From Microbacteriaceae bacterium (GTDB lineage: Bacteria; Actinomycetota; Actinomycetes; Actinomycetales; Microbacteriaceae), in assembly GCA_052085045.1 (NCBI GenBank), contig JBQDFB010000003.1:10391-74390 (forward strand): a DNA stretch of 64,000 bases, written 5' to 3'. The position numbers and the translations under genes are program-made. This document shows positions 41,322 through 49,733 of this stretch, piece by piece. Below the pieces are notes generated by a model, which saw nothing but the letters and a program-made list of their open reading frames with translations, made no database searches and had not been told where the DNA came from. How positions within the stretch are numbered: position 1 is the stretch's first letter; each line of letters opens with the position of its first letter.

Positions 41322-42293
41322 ATGACTCGACGCAGATCTCTCCCGCTTGAACTGTGCAACGGGCCTTTCACCGTCTCGGCGGCACGAGAACACGGCGTGT
41401 CTGCGTCGCGTCTTCGTGCCAAAGACCTCGAGTCGCCCACGCGTGGGGTACGTTCGCTCGCCGGACCGGCTGCCGAACCGGTGGATTTCGAGAACGAGAC
41501 GTCGACGCAGCGTTTGACTCGCCTGCGCGAGGACATGTGCGAACGGGCACGAGCGTTCGCCCCTGCGCTGACGCCCGCCCAGTTCTTCAGTCACGACACC
41601 GGGCTCGCGCTGATCGGAGCGCCACTGCCGTACTCGACGAACACGCAGCTCGACCTGCACGTGTCCGTGCGGCGGCCAGCGCCGCAGCCCGAGCGCAAGG
41701 GCGTGACCGCGCACCGACTTCAGACACGTGTGGCGGCGCGATGGACGACAAAAGATCTGCCGATCGAGCAACCGGCTCGGATGTGGCGGCAGGTCGCCGC
41801 CACCTGGAGTCTGGATGACCTGATCGCCGCCGGAGATTTCCTCGTGCACCCGCGCAAGGGACTGATGACCATCGACGATCTGTGGGCCGAAGTCCATGAC
41901 GCCGGAGACGTGCGCGGCATGCTCCGACGCGCGCTCCTCGAGATTCGGGAGGGTGCGGAGAGCCCGAGGGAGACTGCCCTCCGACTGGCCATCACGCGCG
42001 CGGGTCTGCCCCACCCGGAACTCAACTGGAACCTGCATGACGACGCCGGCAGGTTCATCGCGCGGCTCGACATCGCCTATCCGCGGTATCGCGTTGCAGC
42101 GGAGTACGACGGTCGCCAGCATGCAGAGGAGGTCCAGTTCGCCAAGGATGCTGATCGCTGGGACGACATCCGCACGCACGACTGGACCCTGGTGCGTGTG
42201 CTCAGCCATCACCTGCATCCCGACCCTCAGCCGGCGATCGACAAGGTCGCGCAGGCGCTCATCGCCGCAGGTTGGCGGCCGGGGCGTCGATGA
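41322..42293 (+). CDS. AbiEi-like N-terminus plus DUF559/Vsr-like endonuclease domain
   Basis: FFSHDTGLALIGAPLP; ESPRETALRL..GLPHPELN..RLDIAYP..VAAEYDGRQH..D..R..WTLVRV. Confidence 0.85.
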   Translation: MTRRRSLPLELCNGPFTVSAAREHGVSASRLRAKDLESPTRGVRSLAGPAAEPVDFENETSTQRLTRLREDMCERARAFAPALTPAQFFSHDTGLALIGAPLPYSTNTQLDLHVSVRRPAPQPERKGVTAHRLQTRVAARWTTKDLPIEQPARMWRQVAATWSLDDLIAAGDFLVHPRKGLMTIDDLWAEVHDAGDVRGMLRRALLEIREGAESPRETALRLAITRAGLPHPELNWNLHDDAGRFIARLDIAYPRYRVAAEYDGRQHAEEVQFAKDADRWDDIRTHDWTLVRVLSHHLHPDPQPAIDKVAQALIAAGWRPGRR

Positions 42294-42411
42294 CATGTCG
42301 GAGAAACTGCGGGTCGCGGCATCCGCAACCGTCACCTATCCCGACACGCTCCGGAGCGTGTCGGGAAGAGGCGGGTGCGACGTCGGAACACCCGCAACAA
42401 CCCCGACATGC
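42294..42411. repeat. Right array: inverted counterpart of the left array
   Basis: Arms at 42296-42314/42328-42346 and 42359-42376/42390-42408, 13-nt loops, 12-nt palindromic linker CGCTCCGGAGCG. Confidence 0.85.
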
Positions 42412-42519
42412 CGCGGTCGGGCAAGTAGGCGCGGCGGACGCGCCGCGCCGCGGCAGACAGGACGCGCCCGGGCAGGCGCGGGCAAACAGGAGGGGCCCGG
42501 GCAGGCCCGACCGGGCGGA

Positions 42520-43548
42520 TCAGCCGAAGAGGGCGGCGGCCTCGTCGTAGCGGTAGCGGGGCACGGTGTTGAGCTCGCCGAGGGCCTCTTCGAACTCGAC
42601 GCGCACGATGTCGGTGCCCTTCATGGCGACCATCTGTCCCCAGGCGCCTTCGACGATGGCGTCTGCGGCGTGCAGGCCGAGCCGCGTGGCCAGCACTCGG
42701 TCGAAGGCCGACGGCGACCCGCCGCGCTGAATGTGGCCGAGGATCGTCGCCCGCGTCTCAATGCCCGTGATGCGCTCGATCTCAGGCGCGAGCTGATCAC
42801 CGATGCCTCCCAGCCGTGGGCGGTTGAAGGCGTCGAGGCCCTTATCGCTGTACGCCTCGTCCATACCCTCAAGAGTGAAGCCCTCCGACACGACGACGAG
42901 CGGCGCACGACCTCGTTCGTGAGCGCTGGCGACCTGTGCCGCGATCTCGTCGATCGACATCGACACCTCAGGGATGCAGATGACGTGGGCGCCGGCGGCC
43001 ATTCCGGCGTGCAGGGCGATCCAGCCGACGTGCCGACCCATGACTTCGGCGACCATGCACCGCTGATGGGAGTCGCCGGTGGTGCGCAGGCGGTCCATCG
43101 CGTCGGTGGCGATGTTGACGGCGGTGTCGAAGCCGAAGGAGTAGTCCGTGGCGCGCAGGTCGTTGTCGATCGTCTTCGGCACGCCGAGCACGTTCAGTCC
43201 GTCCTTCGACAGTCGATCGGCTGCGGCGAGAGTGCCCTCCCCACCGATCGCGATGATGCCGTCGATCTTGTGCCCGTACAGCGTCTTGGCGATGTTCTCC
43301 GCACCGCCGCGCTCGCCCTCGTACGGATTCGTGCGGCTCGTGCCGAGGATGGTTCCGCCGATCTTCGACAGGCCCTTGACCTCGTGGCGGGTGAGCGGCA
43401 TGAAGTCACCCTCGACGACGCCCCGCCAGCCATCGCGGATGCCGACGAACTCAAAGTCGTACGACGTGGTGCCCTTGAGCACGACGCCGCGGATCACCGC
43501 GTTGAGGCCGGGGCAGTCGCCGCCGCTGGTGAGGATGCCGATCTTCAT
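42520..43548 (-). CDS. pfkA: 6-phosphofructokinase
   Basis: TSGGDCPGLN, GGTILG, PKTIDND, EVMGR, LGHIQRGG. Confidence 0.96.
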   Translation of the reverse strand: MKIGILTSGGDCPGLNAVIRGVVLKGTTSYDFEFVGIRDGWRGVVEGDFMPLTRHEVKGLSKIGGTILGTSRTNPYEGERGGAENIAKTLYGHKIDGIIAIGGEGTLAAADRLSKDGLNVLGVPKTIDNDLRATDYSFGFDTAVNIATDAMDRLRTTGDSHQRCMVAEVMGRHVGWIALHAGMAAGAHVICIPEVSMSIDEIAAQVASAHERGRAPLVVVSEGFTLEGMDEAYSDKGLDAFNRPRLGGIGDQLAPEIERITGIETRATILGHIQRGGSPSAFDRVLATRLGLHAADAIVEGAWGQMVAMKGTDIVRVEFEEALGELNTVPRYRYDEAAALFG

Positions 43549-43755
43549 GCTGATGCCTTCAGACGTTTCGAGAGCTGGGGGAACGGGCGACGCTGCCTGC
43601 TCTCGACCCTAGTGGCCGCGACCGCCGGATGCCATTCTCGAGGGCGCGAGAACCGCCGATCTTGCCGGGCCTGCCGACCGGTATGGGCGATCTTGCCGCG
43701 AGCGGACCGAATCAGACCGAAATCTCCCGAAAGAACCGGAGTTCTTAAGTCCGAT

Positions 43756-45891
43756 TCAGGCGCCGAGCGCCTCGCGCAGCAGATGCATCAGGGCGCCGAG
43801 CTGCACGGTCTCGCTCGCCGTCTCGTCGACAGCCTCACCGTCGAGCGCGCGCGCCGCGAGCCCCTGCTTCTGGTCGATGAGCTCGGCGATCTTCGTGTCG
43901 AGCGTGTGTGCGGCAATGATGCGCCACGCCGTGACCGGTTCGTCCTGACCGATGCGGTGCACGCGGTCGATCGCCTGGGTCTGCTCGGCCGCGGTCCAGC
44001 TGAGCTCGGCGAGCACGACGTTCGATGCCGCCTGCAGGTTGAGGCCGACACCGGCTGCGGTGAGCGAACACACCGCGACACCGACGCCCTCATCGCCGTT
44101 GAAGTCGTCGATCGCCTGCTGGCGCGCGGGCGTGGTCTGATCGCCGCGGATCGAGACATAGCGGATACCAGAGGCCGCGAAGTGCGCCTCAGCCTGGTCC
44201 ATGACGTCGATGTGCTTGGCGAAGAAGACCACCTTGCCCACCGAGCGCTGCAGTTGTGCCGCATAGTCCGCGGCGAGCACGGCCTTGGCCTGACCGATCT
44301 TGCGCACCATCGTGAAGACGTTGTCTCCGCCGGTGCCGGCCGCACGCGACTCCTCGAGTTCGCCGGTGGCCACCAGCCGCACGATGTCCTCGTCGATCTC
44401 GCCCTCGGCGAGTCCGCGGTCTCCGCGCGCTGCGATGATGCGGCGGTACTTCGCAGCCAGCCGCTCCCCCAGCTCGCGCTCGGCCTGACGGATGCCGCGG
44501 CCGAACTCGTCGTCCAACTGCACCGGCAGATCGGCGATCAGCTTGTCGGGCAGGTCGGCGGCGACGTCCTTCTTCTTGCGCCGCACGATGCCCATCGAGA
44601 TCACCGCGTCGCGCGCCTCGCCGTAGAACGGCTTCTCGGCGGGCGTGAGGCCCGTGGCATCCAGCTTCTCCATCAGCTCGGTGCCGGGCTTGTCCCCCGT
44701 CGTCCAGCCGAGGAACCGCCAGATCGCGTCGAAGTCCTCGACGTCGTTGATCAGCGGTGTGCCGGTCAGCGCCATCATCAGCGGGTCGCGCTTGCGCTCG
44801 CGGATGCGCGATGCCAGCGCCAGGACGTTCTGCGAACGCTGCGAGCCGAGGTTCTTGATGAAGTGCGCCTCATCGACGACCATGCCCTGCAGTCCGATCG
44901 AGCCGAGCCAGGACAGGTGCCGGTCGAGGATCTCGTAGTTCACGATGAACACGTCGGCGAAGGCGTCGATGTCGACGCCGTCGCCCTGGATGACGGTCGC
45001 GCGACGCTGCGGCGTCCACCGCTCGACCTCGCGCGCCCAGTTCATCTTCACGACGTTGGGGACGACGACAAGCAGCGGGTACGCATCGGCGATGGATGCT
45101 GCGAGCACCGACTGCGCGGTTTTGCCGAGGCCCGGCTCGTCCGCGAGCAGGAAGCTGCGGTGGCCCGCACGCACCGATTCGAGGAAGCGCGACTGGTGCA
45201 CCATCACCTCGAGCCCCTTGGGCGAGATGTGGTCGTACTCGGGGACCGGAGGCAGCGCCATCGAGGCCGTGGACCCCCCGGCGCCGGTCTCGAACGCCTT
45301 GTACAACGGACCCATGAGCTCCCAGCCGTCCAGGCGGCGGCGCGGAGTGGTGGTCGTCCGCGGCGTGAGGTCGGGCGCGAGGAAAGGATTGGCGAGCTGA
45401 CGCGATTCGACGGCGGGCGGCGTCACCTGCCGTTCGGCGAGAGCAGCCGGCACGACGGGCGCCTGCACCGGTGCGACATCGGTGATGATGAGCTCTTCCG
45501 GCGCGAGCTCCGCGCCGGATTCGAGCAGCCAGTCGCGGCGCATGCGCTGGGCGACCGGGCTGGTGGCCTGATCGGCCTCGAGCAGCTGGATCAGCGAGGT
45601 GTCTCGCGCGGCCGTCTTCGCCAGGATCGTGGCGACGCCGTCGAGACGCTTGAGCAGTTCGGCGCGCGCGGAGTCGGCGAAGGCGTCATCAGCCTTCACC
45701 CGAGCGCGCTCTTCGCGCACCAGGAATGCGATGACCTGGAACTTCACCCGGTTCGTGGGGCCGAGCTTGCCGCGCTGCGCCTTCGCCTCGATCTCGCGCA
45801 CCTTGCGCGCGAGGATCGGGATCAGCGGGGCCTCGTCATCACGACGGGTTGTCTTTCTGCGCCGCGTCGCGGCTGCTGCCGTAGTCGGCAT
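43756..45891 (-). CDS. SNF2-related (DEAH-box) helicase
   Basis: LADEPGLGKT, DEAH, LTGTP, GVGLNL, QAIDRVHRIGQ. Confidence 0.92.
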   Translation of the reverse strand: MPTTAAAATRRRKTTRRDDEAPLIPILARKVREIEAKAQRGKLGPTNRVKFQVIAFLVREERARVKADDAFADSARAELLKRLDGVATILAKTAARDTSLIQLLEADQATSPVAQRMRRDWLLESGAELAPEELIITDVAPVQAPVVPAALAERQVTPPAVESRQLANPFLAPDLTPRTTTTPRRRLDGWELMGPLYKAFETGAGGSTASMALPPVPEYDHISPKGLEVMVHQSRFLESVRAGHRSFLLADEPGLGKTAQSVLAASIADAYPLLVVVPNVVKMNWAREVERWTPQRRATVIQGDGVDIDAFADVFIVNYEILDRHLSWLGSIGLQGMVVDEAHFIKNLGSQRSQNVLALASRIRERKRDPLMMALTGTPLINDVEDFDAIWRFLGWTTGDKPGTELMEKLDATGLTPAEKPFYGEARDAVISMGIVRRKKKDVAADLPDKLIADLPVQLDDEFGRGIRQAERELGERLAAKYRRIIAARGDRGLAEGEIDEDIVRLVATGELEESRAAGTGGDNVFTMVRKIGQAKAVLAADYAAQLQRSVGKVVFFAKHIDVMDQAEAHFAASGIRYVSIRGDQTTPARQQAIDDFNGDEGVGVAVCSLTAAGVGLNLQAASNVVLAELSWTAAEQTQAIDRVHRIGQDEPVTAWRIIAAHTLDTKIAELIDQKQGLAARALDGEAVDETASETVQLGALMHLLREALGA

Positions 45892-46040
45892 GCTCCTCCT
45901 GAGCGTGAGTGCCGGTGCGCCATCAGAGGCGAACCGTGCCGTACGTGTCGTCCGCGTGTGGTGTAAGCCATGACCGTGCGGAGTTCGTTCTCGCGCTCAG
46001 CGATGCGTGAAATCCGCACCCGCAACGTCGAGAACCACTC

Positions 46041-46997
46041 TCATCCTAGAGCATCGGCGGCGAGAATCGCGCGCGTGGCCTCGACATCCGCCGACATCTG
46101 CGTCCGCAGCGAGTCCATGCCCTCGAACGCGACCATGCCCCGCAGGCGCTGCGCGAACTCGACTGTCACGTCGTGTCCGTACAGATCGAGCCCGTCTTCG
46201 TCGAGCACGTGCGCCTCGACCTGTCGGACGAGCACGTCGTCGAACGTGGGGTTGGTACCGACTGATACGGCAGCCGGGTAGCGGATTCCGGTCTCATGGT
46301 CGTCGAGCCATCCTGCGTAGATTCCGTCGGCTGGCACGAACGCGTCGGTGGTCTCGGAGAGGTTCGCCGTGGGGAATCCGAGCTCGCGGCCGCGCTTGTG
46401 GCCGTGCACGACCTCGCCGCGCACGTCGACGGGGCGGCCGAGCACCTGCGCCGCCGTGGCGACGTCGCCCTCGGCGAGCAGCTCACGGATCCAGCTCGAC
46501 GACACGCGCCGGTCGGAGCCGTCGATGAACACGTCATCGACGACGTCGACGATGAAGTCGTAACGCGGCCCCAGCTCGCGCAGCAGGTCGGGAGTGCCGG
46601 CGCCGCGGTGGCCGAATCGGAAGTCGCGCCCCACGAGCACGGTCGACACCCGCAGGGCTCCGACGAGGATCTCTTCGACGAAGTCCTCCGCCGAGCGCGA
46701 TGCGAGCTCCTGGTCGAACGTCAGCACCAGCGTGGCGTCGATCCCCAATTCGCCGAGAAGCTCGAGCTTGCGATCGACGGAGACGACGTTGACCGGGCAG
46801 AGCTCCGGGCGCAGCAGCGCGAGCGGGTTGCGGTCGAAGGTCACCGCGACGGCGCGGGCATCGGATGCCGCGGCATCCGCCTTGAGCCTCTCGATGACCG
46901 CTCGGTGACCGGCGTGCACGCCGTCGAACTTACCGATCGCGACGACCGATCGCCCGAAACCAGCGGGGATCTCGCTCGGGTCGCGGAAGACGATCAT
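46041..46997 (-). CDS. ribF: Bifunctional riboflavin kinase/FAD synthetase
   Basis: GKFDGVHAGH, DFRFG, VSSSWIR, GFPTAN, SVGTNPTF. Confidence 0.96.
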   Translation of the reverse strand: MIVFRDPSEIPAGFGRSVVAIGKFDGVHAGHRAVIERLKADAAASDARAVAVTFDRNPLALLRPELCPVNVVSVDRKLELLGELGIDATLVLTFDQELASRSAEDFVEEILVGALRVSTVLVGRDFRFGHRGAGTPDLLRELGPRYDFIVDVVDDVFIDGSDRRVSSSWIRELLAEGDVATAAQVLGRPVDVRGEVVHGHKRGRELGFPTANLSETTDAFVPADGIYAGWLDDHETGIRYPAAVSVGTNPTFDDVLVRQVEAHVLDEDGLDLYGHDVTVEFAQRLRGMVAFEGMDSLRTQMSADVEATRAILAADALG

Positions 46998-47440
46998 GCG
47001 GCAACCTCCTGCCGGTGTGCGGTGGCGGCAGTCTCCGCCGGCCGGTGCGTCCGCAACCACCAGATGCCGAATACGGGCAGCACGAGCGGAATGAACAGAT
47101 ATCCGCGTCCGAATACCGACCACACCGAATCGTGTTGGAACAGTTCGGGGGCGGTGAGGCTCAGCGTGCCGACGATGAGGACGCCGGCGAGTTCGAAGAC
47201 GATGGCCACCCAGGCGACGGCATACCATCCACGTCTACCGGCGAAGACGAGACCGAGCGTGGCGATGATGTAGACGACGGCGGCGAGCGCAGAGAGCGCG
47301 TACGCCAGCGGCGCCTCGTCGAATCTGCGGAAGATCTGCACGAAGCTGCGCCCGGTGGCGGCGAGCGCCATGATCGCATAGACGATGACGAGAACGCGGC
47401 CGATGCCGGTCATCCGAGAGCGATTGTCGGTGGTGGTCAT
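46994..47440 (-). CDS. Conserved 4-TM membrane protein
   Basis: ALAATGRS, APLAYALS, SVWSVFGRGY; overlaps ribF start. Confidence 0.78.
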   Translation of the reverse strand: MTTTDNRSRMTGIGRVLVIVYAIMALAATGRSFVQIFRRFDEAPLAYALSALAAVVYIIATLGLVFAGRRGWYAVAWVAIVFELAGVLIVGTLSLTAPELFQHDSVWSVFGRGYLFIPLVLPVFGIWWLRTHRPAETAATAHRQEVAA

Positions 47441-47490
47441 AGCGTCTTCCATCCTAAGCGCGCGGCCCGGTGCCGGATGTGCGGTGCGTG

Positions 47491-47859
47491 CTACGCCACC
47501 TGGACGGTCCAGATCACTTCCATCCGCCACAGCATGATCGCCACCGCCAGCGAGAGCAGACCCAGGATGACGGTGCTCCACCGGCTGCGCTCCACGAGCG
47601 CCCAGGTCACCCCTCCGACCGGCAGCAGCACGGCCGAGACCAGGTAGACCCAGAACTCCAGCAGGTCGCCCGTGGGCGGGTTCCCCGCGAGCGGTGCGAT
47701 GATCGCGATGACCACTTGGACGATCAGCAGCAGCTCGACCAGCGCGAGCGCACCCACGGTGTAGTCGCTCGGGCGCCGCCCCATCAGTCCCACGATCGCG
47801 GCGAAGAGGCCTGCCGCGACGGCGACGACCATCTGCACGATGGTGAACCACAGGATCAT
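47491..47859 (-). CDS. Conserved 4-TM membrane protein
   Basis: EFWVYL, ERSRWST motifs; overlaps truB stop. Confidence 0.78.
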   Translation of the reverse strand: MILWFTIVQMVVAVAAGLFAAIVGLMGRRPSDYTVGALALVELLLIVQVVIAIIAPLAGNPPTGDLLEFWVYLVSAVLLPVGGVTWALVERSRWSTVILGLLSLAVAIMLWRMEVIWTVQVA

Positions 47860-48749
47860 CGGATCTCCTCGGGCATGTTCATGGCGCTCTTGAGGTCGCG
47901 TGCGCGGCGTTCCACGATCCCGACGAGCGCGCCGTCGGGATCAATTGCCGCAGCCTGGGCTCCCCCGAGCCGCTCGGCCTGGTCGAGGAGCCGTTTGCCG
48001 TGGCGCAGGTCGCGGGCCTCTTCTGCGGTGACGTCGAGCCGCTGCAGCACCTGCGATGCGGCGGCACCGGCGCTCAGCGGCCGTGCGCCGTCGAGATCGT
48101 CGATGCCGACAGCATCCGCGACGTCGAACGGCCCGACCCTGGTGCGGCGCAGCGCGGTGAGGTGTCCGCCGACGCCCAGGCTCGTCCCCAGGTCACGGGC
48201 GAGGGCGCGCACGTACGTTCCCGAAGAGCAGTCCACGACCACGTCGAGGTCGATGGCATCGGTGGTGCGGCGCTCTGCGAGCACCTCGAAGCGCGACACG
48301 GTGATGGCGCGGGAGGTGAGCTCGACCTCCTCACCGGCGCGGACTCGGTCGTAGGCTCGGCGCCCGTCGACCTTGATGGCAGAGACCGAGCTCGGCACCT
48401 GCGAGATGTCTCCGGTGAGGGCGGCGATGCTATCGCCGAGCAGCGCGGGGGTCACAACATCCATCCTCTCCGCGTCCGCACGCGCGACGATCTCCCCCTC
48501 GGCGTCGTCCGTCGTCGTCGCCTCGCCGAGCCGGATTGTGGCGAGATAGGTCTTGTCGGCGCCGACGACGTAGGTGAGCAGCCGGGTGGCGCCTTCGATA
48601 CCGAGCACGAGGAGCCCGGTGGCCATCGGATCGAGCGTTCCCGCGTGGCCGATCTTGCGGGTTCCGAACGCCCGGCGAGTGCGGGCGACGACGTCGTGAC
48701 TGGTCAGCCCGCCGGGCTTGTCGACGAGGAGGATGCCGGGTGCGACCAT
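47856..48749 (-). CDS. truB: tRNA pseudouridine(55) synthase
   Basis: DKPGGLTSHDVV, GHAGTLDP, CSSGTYVRALARD. Confidence 0.97.
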   Translation of the reverse strand: MVAPGILLVDKPGGLTSHDVVARTRRAFGTRKIGHAGTLDPMATGLLVLGIEGATRLLTYVVGADKTYLATIRLGEATTTDDAEGEIVARADAERMDVVTPALLGDSIAALTGDISQVPSSVSAIKVDGRRAYDRVRAGEEVELTSRAITVSRFEVLAERRTTDAIDLDVVVDCSSGTYVRALARDLGTSLGVGGHLTALRRTRVGPFDVADAVGIDDLDGARPLSAGAAASQVLQRLDVTAEEARDLRHGKRLLDQAERLGGAQAAAIDPDGALVGIVERRARDLKSAMNMPEEIR

Positions 48750-48813
48750 GCGTCCAGCCTACCGACGCGGGTAGCGCTCCTCTTTCGGCGAACGCTCCGC
48801 CTAGGCTGACGAG

Positions 48814-49713
48814 GTGCCTGCCCGTTCGCTGCCCCCGTCGCGTCTCGCCGAAGAACTGTCGCAGTGGTACCGCGGCAATGCCAGGGACCTGCCGTGGCGC
48901 CGCCAGCCGTTCCACGACCGGTTCGGCGCGTGGGGCACTCTCGTCAGCGAGTTCATGCTGCAGCAGACGCCCGTCTCACGCGTCATCCCGCACCTGGCGG
49001 CCTGGTTGGAGCGCTGGCCGACGCCGACGGCGATGTCGCGCGCGACCCCGGCCGAAGTCGTGCAGCAGTGGGCGAACCTCGGGTACCCGCGACGTGCACT
49101 CTGGCTGCACCGGGCGGCCGTCGAGATCACCGAACGGCACGGCGGCGAGGTGCCGCGCGACGTCGATGCCCTGCTCGCACTCTCGGGCATCGGAGACTAC
49201 ACGGCGCGCGCGGTGGCCACGTTCGCCTTCGGCGACCGGCATCCCGTCGTCGACACCAACACGCGGCGGGTGATCGCCCGCGCCCTCGACGGCCGTTCAC
49301 AACCGGGCCCGGCCGCCCGACGCGATCTGGCGGCGATGGCTGCGCTGCTGCCCGAAGGCGACGCCGAGTCCGCGGTGTTCAACGCCGCGGTCATGGAGCT
49401 CGGCGCCGTGGTGTGCACCGCGCGTGCGCCCCGCTGCGACCGCTGCCCGATCGCCGACTCCTGCGCGTGGGTGGCCGCGGGTCGTCCGGACACCGGCGAT
49501 GACCGGCCCCGGCAGGCCCGATACGAGGGGTCGGATCGTCAGGCCCGCGGGGCAGTCCTTCGAGCGCTGCGCGACAGCGCGGACGCCGCCGTCTCCGTGG
49601 ATGCCGTGATCCATGATTGGGCCGATGCGGCGCAGCGCGATCGTGCGATCGATTCGCTGGTCGCAGACGGACTGATTGAAGCGGTCGACGGGTCACTCCG
49701 CCTCCCCCGCTGA
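48814..49713 (+). CDS. mutY: A/G-specific adenine glycosylase (short actinobacterial form)
   Basis: RDLPWR, SEFMLQQT, LGYPRRA, HhH GIGDYTA, C-x6-C-x2-C-x5-C. Confidence 0.92.
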   Translation: MPARSLPPSRLAEELSQWYRGNARDLPWRRQPFHDRFGAWGTLVSEFMLQQTPVSRVIPHLAAWLERWPTPTAMSRATPAEVVQQWANLGYPRRALWLHRAAVEITERHGGEVPRDVDALLALSGIGDYTARAVATFAFGDRHPVVDTNTRRVIARALDGRSQPGPAARRDLAAMAALLPEGDAESAVFNAAVMELGAVVCTARAPRCDRCPIADSCAWVAAGRPDTGDDRPRQARYEGSDRQARGAVLRALRDSADAAVSVDAVIHDWADAAQRDRAIDSLVADGLIEAVDGSLRLPR

Positions 49714-49733
49714 CGGCAGCGCTCGGCGGGGCC

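Larger units (their letters stand above)
41109..42411 (+). mobile_element. Candidate repeat-flanked DUF559 endonuclease element
   Basis: Single gene bracketed by mirror-image palindromic arrays with 21/22-bp outer inverted repeats; mobility is inferred, not shown. Confidence 0.5.

Noticed and set aside
41109-42411. CRISPR interpretation of the repeat arrays
   Set aside because: Arms alternate in orientation, the intervening sequences are only 12-13 nt, there are two units per side, and no cas genes are present
43600-43755. Short repeats (CGATCTTGCCG twice) and hairpins between the helicase and pfkA
   Set aside because: Compatible with a terminator plus chance; too weak to call an element
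43756-45891. SNF2 helicase as part of a defence system
   Set aside because: No adjacent methylase, nuclease or other defence partner in an operon; appears to be a solitary gene
41896-45966. 1356-aa plus-strand ORF
   Set aside because: Antisense shadow of pfkA and the SNF2 helicase; no motifs, typical of stop-poor high-GC reverse frames
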